From an uncultured delta proteobacterium (GTDB lineage: Bacteria; Myxococcota_A; Polyangia; Polyangiales; B10-G4): a DNA stretch of 64,000 nt. The translations under genes and the position numbers were made by a program. Of the stretch, positions 10,281 through 18,901 are shown piece by piece; the stretch's first letter is position 1; every line of letters starts with the position of its first letter. The stretch is from positions 224,001 through 288,000 of the forward strand of contig CAVSGI010000021.1 in the NCBI GenBank assembly GCA_963727445.1, read 5' to 3'. Under the pieces are notes generated by a model. That model made no database searches and was not told where the DNA came from. It worked only from the letters and a program-made list of their open reading frames with translations.

Positions 10281-11747
10281 GTGCCCGAAACCGACGACAG
10301 ACCGAAACCGACCTACGCCCTCGCGGCCTGGCTCTACCCGCGCGCACTCGCCATCGTCACCGTCATCGCTTTCGTCTCGATCTGGGTTCAGATCGACGGG
10401 CTCTTCGGCGACGGAGGCATCGCCCCGGTCTCGGACTTCGTCTCGCGCCTCGACGCGGGGGACGTCTCCTTCTTCGAGCTCCCCACGCTGCTTCGCTTCG
10501 CGGGCTCGGCCGGCTTCATGAAGCTTCTGGCGGCCGTCGGCGTGGTGGCGAGCGCGACCCTCTTCGCCGGTGTCCTTCCGCGCACCTCGCTGCTCGTCGC
10601 CTGGGCCTGTTACCTGTCGATCGTGAACGCCGGCTTCCCCTTCATGGCGTTCCAGTGGGACATCCTCCTCTGCGAGGTGCTCCTCGCGTCGGTGGTCTTC
10701 GTGGCGCCCGTGCGCATCGACCGCCGCGAGGCGAGCCCGCCCCCGGCGCTCGCCCAGTGGGTGCCCTGGCTCTTGCTCTTCCGGCTCATGTTCCGCTCGG
10801 GCGTCGTGAAGCTGGCCTCCGGGGACGAGGCCTGGGCCAACCTCACGGCGCTCTCGTACCACTACGAGACCCAGCCCCTGCCCACCGTCTTCGGCTGGTA
10901 CGCCCACCAGCTGCCCATGGCCTTTCAGAAGGTCAGCTGCGTCCTGATGTTCGTGGTCGAGCTCGTGCTGCCTTTTCTGATCTTCATCCCGCGCGCCTGG
11001 GCGCGGCGGACGGCCGCGGCCGGCTTCACCAGCCTGATGCTCCTGATCTTCACCACCGGGAACTATGGCTTCTTCAACCTGCTGACCCTCGTCCTGACCC
11101 TGACCCTCCTCGACGACCGCTTCCTCGCGTTGCTCCTGCCGAAGTGGCTCCTCCGCTGGCGAGAGGCGCGGCCCGAGGCGCCTGCCCGTGCGGAGTGGCA
11201 GGCCCGGGCGCGCAACGTCGGGGCCGGGGTGCTCATCGGGATCGCGAGCGTGGGCTTCCTCGGCGGTCTCTTCTGGATCGATGGCGTCGACCCCCTGTCG
11301 CCGCTCCGGCCTCTGCGCAGCTTCAACGACTACGGCCTCTTCGCGGTGATGACCACCACCCGCCCCGAGGTCCAGATCGAAGGGAGCCAGGACGGGGAGA
11401 GCTGGCGGCCCTACGTCTTCCGCTACAAGGTCGGCCCCTTGGGCCGGGCGCCCGTCTGGAACAACCCCCACCAGCCGCGCCTGGACTGGCAGATGTGGTT
11501 CGCCGCCCTCGGGGACTACCGGCAGAACCCCTGGCTCATCCGGCTCATGCAGCGGCTCGGCGCGCAGGACCCCGACGTGCTCGGCTTGATGGAAGGGGAC
11601 CCCTTCGAGGGGGAGGAGCCGCCGCGGTACATGCGCGCCCGGCTCTTCGACTACCGGATGACCACCACCCAACAGAAGGCCGCGTCGGGGGACTGGTGGA
11701 CCCGCGAGCTCCTCGGTCCCTACACGCCGATCCTGACATTGCATTGA
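10281..11747 (+). CDS. Lipase maturation factor (LMF1) family membrane protein
   Basis: FQWDILLCE, LFRLMFRSGVVKL, HYETQPLP, TGNYGFFNLL, YGLFAVMT, PHQPRLDWQMWFAAL. Confidence 0.93.
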   Translation: MPETDDRPKPTYALAAWLYPRALAIVTVIAFVSIWVQIDGLFGDGGIAPVSDFVSRLDAGDVSFFELPTLLRFAGSAGFMKLLAAVGVVASATLFAGVLPRTSLLVAWACYLSIVNAGFPFMAFQWDILLCEVLLASVVFVAPVRIDRREASPPPALAQWVPWLLLFRLMFRSGVVKLASGDEAWANLTALSYHYETQPLPTVFGWYAHQLPMAFQKVSCVLMFVVELVLPFLIFIPRAWARRTAAAGFTSLMLLIFTTGNYGFFNLLTLVLTLTLLDDRFLALLLPKWLLRWREARPEAPARAEWQARARNVGAGVLIGIASVGFLGGLFWIDGVDPLSPLRPLRSFNDYGLFAVMTTTRPEVQIEGSQDGESWRPYVFRYKVGPLGRAPVWNNPHQPRLDWQMWFAALGDYRQNPWLIRLMQRLGAQDPDVLGLMEGDPFEGEEPPRYMRARLFDYRMTTTQQKAASGDWWTRELLGPYTPILTLH

Positions 11748-11810
11748 CCCGGCCGGTGTTATCTTGAGGCGAGTCAAGCGCCCCGCGACGAAGCGGCAGG
11801 CGAAAGGAGT

Positions 11811-12227
11811 GTGAGCATCGTGTTTCGCGTTCCGACTTATCTGTCCGAGAGCAGTCTGCACGGCCTGGGTGTGTTCACTCCCCAGCCGATACCGAGGAAC
11901 ACCATCATCTGGGAGTTCAACGCGTCCATCGATTGGCGCCTCGACCCCCGGATGATCGAAGCCTTCCCGGAGCCCTACCGTTCGGCCTATCGCTCCTGGT
12001 GCTACCTGGAGGAGGACGGGATGCTGGTTCTCTGCGGCGACAACGCCCGCTTCATGAACCACTCCTTCGAGCCCAATTGCGACGACGCGACCGGCCCTCA
12101 TACGGTCACCCTCCGCGACATCGACGCGGGCGAAGAGCTCACCTGCGACTATCGCAGCTTCGACGAGGAGTCGAAGCAGAGCGGGCTCGTCGAGTGGCTC
12201 GCGGTACGCCACGCCATGCGACGTTGA
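11811..12227 (+). CDS. SET-domain protein-lysine N-methyltransferase
   Basis: SSLHGLGVF, RFMNHSFEPN, RDIDAGEELTCDY; AAGGAG RBS before the GTG. Confidence 0.92.
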   Translation: MSIVFRVPTYLSESSLHGLGVFTPQPIPRNTIIWEFNASIDWRLDPRMIEAFPEPYRSAYRSWCYLEEDGMLVLCGDNARFMNHSFEPNCDDATGPHTVTLRDIDAGEELTCDYRSFDEESKQSGLVEWLAVRHAMRR

Positions 12228-12356
12228 GCTGAGCCTCGCGACCCGGGCCCGGGTACGGCGCCAACGTTTGCGGAGTGTCGACGTGGCGGCTGGGCCCATT
12301 GCGGCCTCCGTGGACAGCCGTAGTAACCTCGACGGGTCGGACGGAGGAACGGTCAG

Positions 12357-14192
12357 ATGCGCGCTCAAATGCTTTCTTTGCTCTTCTTGGGTCTCGCGGC
12401 GTGCGCTGTCGGGGCCCCGGAGGACGACGTCGGCGGGCGCGTCGAATGGATCGTCGACGGCACGCGGGACAGCACCCCGCAGGTGGTCGTGCTCTACAAC
12501 GCGCGAAGCGGCGGGCTCTGCACCGGCACCCTCATCGCGCCCCGGGTGGTCCTGACGGCGAAGCACTGCGTGCAGCAGGAGGACATGCCCGAGCCCGATC
12601 CGCCGGGCGCGTTCACCATCGGCGTCGGCGACAACAAGGACGACCTCACCGCCACCTATCGCGCCGTGGAGGTCACGGCGACGCCCGGGCCTTACGGCGC
12701 CCGACTCGCGGGGCTCACCGGGCACGACATCGGCCTGCTCACGCTGCAGACCGGCATCTCGGCGTTTCCGCCGATCGATCTGCATCGCGAGAACGCGGAC
12801 GACCTGGTCGGCAACACCATCGAAGCCGTCGGCTTCGGCGAGAGGCCCGACGGCCGCGCCGGCCTCAAGTACCGCGCCGAGGGTCGGGTCCGCCTCACCG
12901 ACGGCGAGGTCCTCTACATCAGCCCCATCCTCTGCCACGGCGACAGCGGCGGTCCGGTGATCGACGTGGATAGCGGTGAGCTCGTCGCGGTCAATTCTTT
13001 CATCACCACCGACACCTGCGGCGGCGGCGGCATCGCCGGGACGAATCGCGTCGACATCTTCCTCGACCTCATCGACGAGGTCGTCGGCAACTCCGGGGCC
13101 TGTCTCAACGACGGGGACGAGAAGTGCGACGGCTTCGACAACGACTGCGACAATCTGATCGACGAGACCTGCCTGCCCATCGGCACCGAGTGCTCCCTCG
13201 ACGAGGAGTGCCTCGGGACCAACTGTGCCGACACCCCCGCCGGGCGTCGCTGCACCGTCGAGTGCGATCCGCTCCGCCCCGTGCTCAGCTGCGAGACGGG
13301 CCTGTACTGCGCGCGCACCTCGGGCTGTGACGGTCTCTGCGTGCCGCGTCCGGAGATGTCCACGGGCGACCTCGTCGAGGGCGAGCCCTGCACCGCCGAC
13401 CTCGAGTGCCTTTCGTTCTTCTGTGCCGACCCGGGCGACGGGAACCGCCGCTGCCTGACGCCGTGCCGTGGCAACGACGGGACCTGCTATGCCGGCGAGG
13501 TCTGCGCGGCGGCCGCGGGCTCCTGCGGCGGCTGCGTGGACGAGGCCATCGTCCGCGGTCTGCGTGGTCTCGGCGAGGGCTGCGCCGAGGACGCGGAGTG
13601 CGCATCCGGCGCCTGTCTGGAGGACATCCCCGGGCTCAGCTACTGCTCGGCCGCTTGCGAGAGCGACACCGACTGCGGCAGCGCCACCCGCTTCCACTGC
13701 CGCGACGGAATGTGCATTCGCGGCGCCATCGGGGGCACGGGCGACAGCTGCTTCGTGAACGGCGACTGCCGCGGCGAGCTCTTCTGCGCGTCGCGGGCGG
13801 GCACGAGCTGGTGCACCACCTTCTGCTCCATGGACAACCCCTGCCCCGAAGGCTTCGACTGCACCGAGGTGCGCGACGCCAGCCTCTGCGTGCCGAGCTC
13901 GGGCGTGGTGGGGGATGCATGCACGGCCGATGACGACTGCATCTCCGGCGTTTGCGATCTCGAAGCTGGCATTTGCTCGCGCATCTGCGGGCCCGACGCG
14001 GCATGCGCGGGCGGCTTCGAGTGCCGCCGTACCGATGACGGGACCTCCGCGTACTGCGTTCCCCCGACCACCCCGCCCACGCCCAGGCTCGGCGGCGGCG
14101 GATGCTCTGCGTCGGGTCGCGAGAGCGGACTCGTCCCGGTGGCCTCGTTGCTCCTCTTCCTCTGGGGGAGGAGACGGCGTCGCCGGCGCTGA
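12357..14192 (+). CDS. S1 trypsin-like serine protease with Cys-rich repeats and MYXO-CTERM-type tail
   Basis: CTGTLI..LTAKHC, HDIGLL, CHGDSGGP triad; EKCDGFDNDCDNLIDE metal-binding-type motif; C-terminus GGGGCS..hydrophobic..RRRRRRR. Confidence 0.92.
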   Translation: MRAQMLSLLFLGLAACAVGAPEDDVGGRVEWIVDGTRDSTPQVVVLYNARSGGLCTGTLIAPRVVLTAKHCVQQEDMPEPDPPGAFTIGVGDNKDDLTATYRAVEVTATPGPYGARLAGLTGHDIGLLTLQTGISAFPPIDLHRENADDLVGNTIEAVGFGERPDGRAGLKYRAEGRVRLTDGEVLYISPILCHGDSGGPVIDVDSGELVAVNSFITTDTCGGGGIAGTNRVDIFLDLIDEVVGNSGACLNDGDEKCDGFDNDCDNLIDETCLPIGTECSLDEECLGTNCADTPAGRRCTVECDPLRPVLSCETGLYCARTSGCDGLCVPRPEMSTGDLVEGEPCTADLECLSFFCADPGDGNRRCLTPCRGNDGTCYAGEVCAAAAGSCGGCVDEAIVRGLRGLGEGCAEDAECASGACLEDIPGLSYCSAACESDTDCGSATRFHCRDGMCIRGAIGGTGDSCFVNGDCRGELFCASRAGTSWCTTFCSMDNPCPEGFDCTEVRDASLCVPSSGVVGDACTADDDCISGVCDLEAGICSRICGPDAACAGGFECRRTDDGTSAYCVPPTTPPTPRLGGGGCSASGRESGLVPVASLLLFLWGRRRRRRR

Positions 14193-14210
14193 TCTACCCT
14201 CGCGCTCCAA

Positions 14211-14657
14211 ATGGAAGCGCTGGTCGGAACTTATCGTCTCGTCGACTGGGTATTCACCCTGGACGGCGTCATGCCCCGCCACCCCTTTGGCGCGGATGCG
14301 CGAGGGCTGCTCACCTATACGGCCGACGGGCGGATGTGGGCGGCGTTGATGCGCGCGGGGCGGCCCATGCTCGGCACGGGCTCGCTGCTCGAGGCGCCCC
14401 CGCACGACCAGGCCGCCGCTGCGGCGGGCTACCTGAGCTACGCGGGCAGCTATCGGGTGGAGGGACGAGAGGTCGTGCATCACGTGGAGATGAGCCTCTT
14501 TCCGGATTGGATCGGTGAGGATCAGCGACGGGGCTTCCGTTTCGACAAAGAGGACCTGGTCCTCACGACCCCCGAGACCATCACCTCCGACGGCAAGCGT
14601 GCGAAGAACGTGCTGAGATGGCGGCGCATCGCGGGCGACGAAGGGAGCGAGGGATGA
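14211..14657 (+). CDS. Lipocalin-like domain protein
   Basis: LVGTYRLV..GLLTYTADGRM..YLSYAGSY..HHVEMSLFPDWIG..LRWRR. Confidence 0.85.
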   Translation: MEALVGTYRLVDWVFTLDGVMPRHPFGADARGLLTYTADGRMWAALMRAGRPMLGTGSLLEAPPHDQAAAAAGYLSYAGSYRVEGREVVHHVEMSLFPDWIGEDQRRGFRFDKEDLVLTTPETITSDGKRAKNVLRWRRIAGDEGSEG

Positions 14658-16156
14658 GCGCATTGGATGTTCGGGAGCAGGTGCGCTCGCTCGCGCCGCG
14701 TACGCAGTGCCTGATCGACGGCCGCTTCACCGACGCCGAGGACGGTCGAACCTTCGACGACGTCAACCCGGCGACGGGCGAGCTGACGGCGAAGGTGGCC
14801 TCGGGTGGGCCGGCGGACGTCGACCGGGCGGTGCATGCTGCGCGCGGCGCCTTCGAGGACGGGCGGTGGCGAAACATGCCGCCGCGCGCCCGGGGGCAGG
14901 CGCTCTTGCGGCTCGCGGAGCTCCTCGAGACGCATGGCGACGAGCTGGCGCTCCTCGAGACCGTCGACATAGGCAAGCCTCTTCGTTACACGAAGCGCGT
15001 CGATCTCGACCAGGCGCAGTACACGATGCGCTGGTTCGGCGAGCTCGCGGACAAGCTCTACGACTTCGTCGCGCCGACGCGACACGACGTCCGGGGCCTG
15101 ATCACGCGCGAGCCCCTCGGCGTGGTCGGCGCCATCACGCCGTGGAACTTCCCGATGATGATCACCGCGTGGAAGATCGCGCCGGCGCTCGTGAGCGGGA
15201 ACTCGGTGGTGCTCAAGCCCGCCGAGCAGTCGCCGCTGACCGCGCTTCGCATCGCGGAGCTCGCCCTCGAGGCGGGGATCCCCGAGGGCGTGCTCAACGT
15301 GGTGCCCGGGCTCGGCGAGACGGCGGGCAAGGCGCTCGGTCTTCATCCCGACGTGGACGCCGTCGCCTTCACCGGCTCCACCGAGGTCGGCAAGCTTCTC
15401 CTCGGCTACGCCGGGCAGAGCAACATGAAGCGGGTCTCCCTCGAGACCGGTGGCAAGACGCCGAACATCCTCTTCGAGGACCTGCCGGACCTCGACTACG
15501 CCCTTCAGGCGGTGGGCTTCAGCGTCTTCTGGAACACCGGGGAGATGTGCGTCGCGGGCTCCCGGCTCCTGGTGCAGCGCGGCCTGTACGACGCGGTCGT
15601 CGCGCGCCTGCCCGAGGTGGCGAAGGGGTGGCTTCCGGGCGATCCCCTCGATCCGAAGACGAAGGCCGGTCCGCTGATCAGCCCGGAGCACCTGGAAAAG
15701 GTCCTCGGGTACTTCGACCGGGGGCGCGATGAGGGCGCCGAAGTGGTGACCGGTGGTGTGCGCGCCCTCGAAGAGAGCGGCGGCTACTTCGTGCAGCCGA
15801 CGGTCTTCGCCGGCGCCAGCAACGACATGACCATCGCGCGCGAAGAAATCTTCGGGCCGGTGGTGACGGTGATCCCTTTCGATGACGAAGCCGAGGCGCT
15901 CGCGATCGCGAACGACACCCGTTACGGCCTGTCGGCGGCGGTGTGGACGGGAAACCTCGCGCGAGCGCATCGCATGTCACGCGATCTGCGCGCCGGGACG
16001 GTGTGGGTGAACTGCTTCGATCAGGCCGACATGACGGCGCCCTTCGGGGGCTTCAAGGAGTCGGGCTTCGGCGGCAAGGACAAGTCGCGATGGGCCGTGG
16101 AGAAGTACACGAACCAGAAGACGACGTGGATCAACTTCGGTAAAGGCGGCTCCTGA
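14654..16156 (+). CDS. NAD-dependent aldehyde dehydrogenase (PuuC-like)
   Basis: ITPWNFP, LKPAEQ, FTGSTEVG, LETGGKTP, GEMC catalytic Cys, EEIFGPV, PFGGFKESG; ATGA overlap with the lipocalin gene. Confidence 0.95.
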   Translation: MSALDVREQVRSLAPRTQCLIDGRFTDAEDGRTFDDVNPATGELTAKVASGGPADVDRAVHAARGAFEDGRWRNMPPRARGQALLRLAELLETHGDELALLETVDIGKPLRYTKRVDLDQAQYTMRWFGELADKLYDFVAPTRHDVRGLITREPLGVVGAITPWNFPMMITAWKIAPALVSGNSVVLKPAEQSPLTALRIAELALEAGIPEGVLNVVPGLGETAGKALGLHPDVDAVAFTGSTEVGKLLLGYAGQSNMKRVSLETGGKTPNILFEDLPDLDYALQAVGFSVFWNTGEMCVAGSRLLVQRGLYDAVVARLPEVAKGWLPGDPLDPKTKAGPLISPEHLEKVLGYFDRGRDEGAEVVTGGVRALEESGGYFVQPTVFAGASNDMTIAREEIFGPVVTVIPFDDEAEALAIANDTRYGLSAAVWTGNLARAHRMSRDLRAGTVWVNCFDQADMTAPFGGFKESGFGGKDKSRWAVEKYTNQKTTWINFGKGGS

Positions 16157-16171
16157 CGCGCACGGGCTAGT

Positions 16172-17626
16172 CTAGCGCGGGTTGCCCAGCCGCGCTTCCA
16201 TGTCGCCGAGCACGTAGGCCGTCGCGGCCATCACCGCGACGCCCTGGAGGAAGTCGTCGTGGTCGACCGACTCGAAGGTATCGGCCGCGGTGTGGTGGAG
16301 GTCGAAGTAGTGCGCCGGGTCGTGGACGATGCCCACGGTCGGAGTGCCGCGCTCCTGCAGAGCCATGATGTCGGCCCCCGCGAAGCCGGCCCGGGCGATG
16401 GTGGTGCCGGTCGGCTGGAGCAGTTCGACGATGGTGCGGAGCTGGGCGATGGCGTCGGCCTCTCGAAGCTCCTCGGTGTCGACATGAAGCCCGAGGACGC
16501 GGGCGGCGCCGATGTCCGACTCGATCGCCGCGATGTGCATCCCGTCGCCCCAGTGCTCCTCGGCGTAAGCGCGACCGCCCGCGAGCCCGTTCTCCTCGTT
16601 GGTGAAGAGCACGGCGCGGAGCGTGCGGCGCGGGACGAGGCCCTGTTCCTTCAGCAGCCTCAGCGCCGCCATCGCGCTCACCACGCCTGCGCCGTCGTCG
16701 TGGCAGCCCTGACCCACGTCCCAGGAATCGATGTGGCCGCCGAAGAGCACGATCTCGTCCGGGAGCTCGGTGCCGCGGATCTCGGCGATCACGTTGTGTG
16801 AGGTCGCCGTGCCTTCGTCGCGGGCCTGCATCTTCAGGCGAACGCGCGGGTGTGCACCCTCGTCGATCATGCGGTGGAGCCGCTCGGTGACGGGGATCGA
16901 CACGGCGGCCGCCGGGATGCGGGGCCCCTCGTCCTCGTAGTGCGTCGCGCCGGTGTGCGGCGGGCTCTCGCCGTCGACCGTCACCGAGCGCACGAGCACC
17001 GCGACGGCGCCGTGGGTCGCCGCGTGTGCCGCGCCCTGGGTCCGGATGGGCACCGTCGCGCCGTATCCGGTCTCGAGCTCCTCCGCGTCGTAGGGCGGCA
17101 TGGGCTTGTCGAGCAGGACAATCTTGCCCTCGAGCTGATCACCGAAGGAGTCGATATCCTCGAGGGAGCCGAGGACCACCACCTCGCCTTCGACCCCCTC
17201 CTCGGGTGTGCCCACGGAGCCGCCGAGGCCGATCATCGGCAGTGCTTCCTCTTCGTCGCCGCCGAGGAGCACCAGGCTCTCTTCGCCGCGCACCCACTTC
17301 GGCACCTCCACCTCCTGCAGGGTGACCGTGGCACCTTCGATCCCTTCGAGCTCCTCGCCGGCCCAGGCGACGGCGCGCTCGAGGGATTCGCTGCCCGAGA
17401 GGCGATGGCCGACGTCGACACAGAGCGTGCGCAGCCACTCCCAGGCGTACTCGGCTTCGCCGCTGGCTTCGACGATCTTCGCGACCGGCGCGCGGTAGCG
17501 CGTGGTCAGGTCGGTCGTCTCCTCGGGAGCCTCGGGAGTCGGCGGCTCGGGCTGTGGATCGTCACAGCTCGCGAGGGCGGTGACGCAGGCGAGGGCGACG
17601 AGGGCAGGGCGGTGGGCGCTGAACAT
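16172..17626 (-). CDS. M28 metallopeptidase lipoprotein (carboxypeptidase Q-like, PA domain)
   Basis: LASC lipobox; GHRLSGS, GGHIDSWD, DDGAG, NEENGL, ESD, HHTAADT. Confidence 0.9.
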   Translation of the reverse strand: MFSAHRPALVALACVTALASCDDPQPEPPTPEAPEETTDLTTRYRAPVAKIVEASGEAEYAWEWLRTLCVDVGHRLSGSESLERAVAWAGEELEGIEGATVTLQEVEVPKWVRGEESLVLLGGDEEEALPMIGLGGSVGTPEEGVEGEVVVLGSLEDIDSFGDQLEGKIVLLDKPMPPYDAEELETGYGATVPIRTQGAAHAATHGAVAVLVRSVTVDGESPPHTGATHYEDEGPRIPAAAVSIPVTERLHRMIDEGAHPRVRLKMQARDEGTATSHNVIAEIRGTELPDEIVLFGGHIDSWDVGQGCHDDGAGVVSAMAALRLLKEQGLVPRRTLRAVLFTNEENGLAGGRAYAEEHWGDGMHIAAIESDIGAARVLGLHVDTEELREADAIAQLRTIVELLQPTGTTIARAGFAGADIMALQERGTPTVGIVHDPAHYFDLHHTAADTFESVDHDDFLQGVAVMAATAYVLGDMEARLGNPR

Positions 17627-17692
17627 GGCCGCGGAGCATACCCCCACCCGAAGGGCTGGCCACCCGCATCCATCCGCGTAAGGTAGAGAGGC

Positions 17693-18889
17693 GTGGGCGG
17701 CTACCGCGACCTGACGATTCCCCAGGAGGGCTCCTCCAGCGCCCGTGAGGTGCTGAGCCGCGCGCTCGGCACGCTCCTCGACGATTTCCGCGGCCTCGAC
17801 GCGGGTCTCGCCGCTCCGGGCCCGAGCCGTCAGGCCTTCGTCGCGCTTCGCGGCGCGGTCGCGCGCGCGCTCCGGCAAGATCCCGGCTCCGTCTTCAGCG
17901 CGCTCCGTCGCCCCACGGTGGGCGTCCTCATCCGCTGCCTGCGCGTCCGCTCTGTGGGGGACGTGGCGGCGACGGCGATGGTGGACGCGCTCACCTGCAC
18001 CTTCGGTCTCGAGCTCGCGCGGGCGGGCGCCCTCGAGGCGCCCCTCGGCTGCTTCGCGCCTGCGCACGTCCCGTGCTTGTCGGGGCGCTTCGTGATCGAC
18101 GTTCCCAAAGACGCGACCGAGCTGGTGCTGACGAATCACGAGGTCACGATCGCGACGGACGCCGGCCAGCGCACCTTCTCACTCGAAGAGGAGGGGCCGC
18201 CCTTTTCATTTCCCTACCATGTCATCGACGGCGAGATCGTCCTCGCGCTCTTCGACAACAACCCCCTCGCTCTCGAGGAGGCCCACCCCGACAAGGACGG
18301 TAACGCCCTGTCGCTCGGAGAGAAGAGCGCCGGCGACTGGCTGGCATCCCTGTCGGGCGCCCTCGCGCTCATCGCCGAGCAGCTGCCGGAGATCCGCCGC
18401 GAGCTCGGCTTGTACGTGCAGCAGATCGTGCCGGTGGGCTACGACGCGCACCGTCATCTGTCGGCTTCGTATCAGGAAGCCATCGGCACCGTGTACCTGT
18501 CGCTTCATCCGCAGCGGATGACCATGGCCGAGGCGCTCATCCACGAGATGAGCCACAACAAGCTGAACGCCCTCCTCGAGCGCGAGCCCCTCCTCGACAA
18601 CGCCTTCTCACCGCTCTTCTCGTCGCCGGTGCGTCCCGACCCGCGACCCCTCCACGGCGTGCTCCTCGCCATCCACGCCTTTCTGCCGGTGGCGCGCCTC
18701 TACGAGAAGATGATCGAGGCGGGTCATCCGCTCTCCGAAGATCCGAGCTTCTCGCGTCGCTACACCGACGTGGTCGCCAAGAATCGCGACGCCGCCCAGA
18801 CGCTGCTCGAGCACGGCCGCTTCACCGAAGCCGGCCAACCCCTCGCGCAGGAGATCCGCGCTTGGGACCGGCACTTCAGCGGTACTTAG
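17693..18889 (+). CDS. HEXXH-motif putative peptide-modification protein (aKG-HExxH family)
   Basis: SASYQEAIGTVYLS, AEALIHEMSHNKL, SPVRPDPRPLHGVLLAIHAF, FTEAG. Confidence 0.85.
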   Translation: MGGYRDLTIPQEGSSSAREVLSRALGTLLDDFRGLDAGLAAPGPSRQAFVALRGAVARALRQDPGSVFSALRRPTVGVLIRCLRVRSVGDVAATAMVDALTCTFGLELARAGALEAPLGCFAPAHVPCLSGRFVIDVPKDATELVLTNHEVTIATDAGQRTFSLEEEGPPFSFPYHVIDGEIVLALFDNNPLALEEAHPDKDGNALSLGEKSAGDWLASLSGALALIAEQLPEIRRELGLYVQQIVPVGYDAHRHLSASYQEAIGTVYLSLHPQRMTMAEALIHEMSHNKLNALLEREPLLDNAFSPLFSSPVRPDPRPLHGVLLAIHAFLPVARLYEKMIEAGHPLSEDPSFSRRYTDVVAKNRDAAQTLLEHGRFTEAGQPLAQEIRAWDRHFSGT

Positions 18890-18901
18890 CTCCTTCCGGG
18901 C

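Noticed and set aside
10230..14663. 1477-aa minus-strand ORF and similar long antisense ORFs (29174-32299, 20893-23112, 54588-56765, 42389-44281)
   Set aside because: Shadow frames of clear genes on the opposite strand; high GC suppresses stops and no motifs are present
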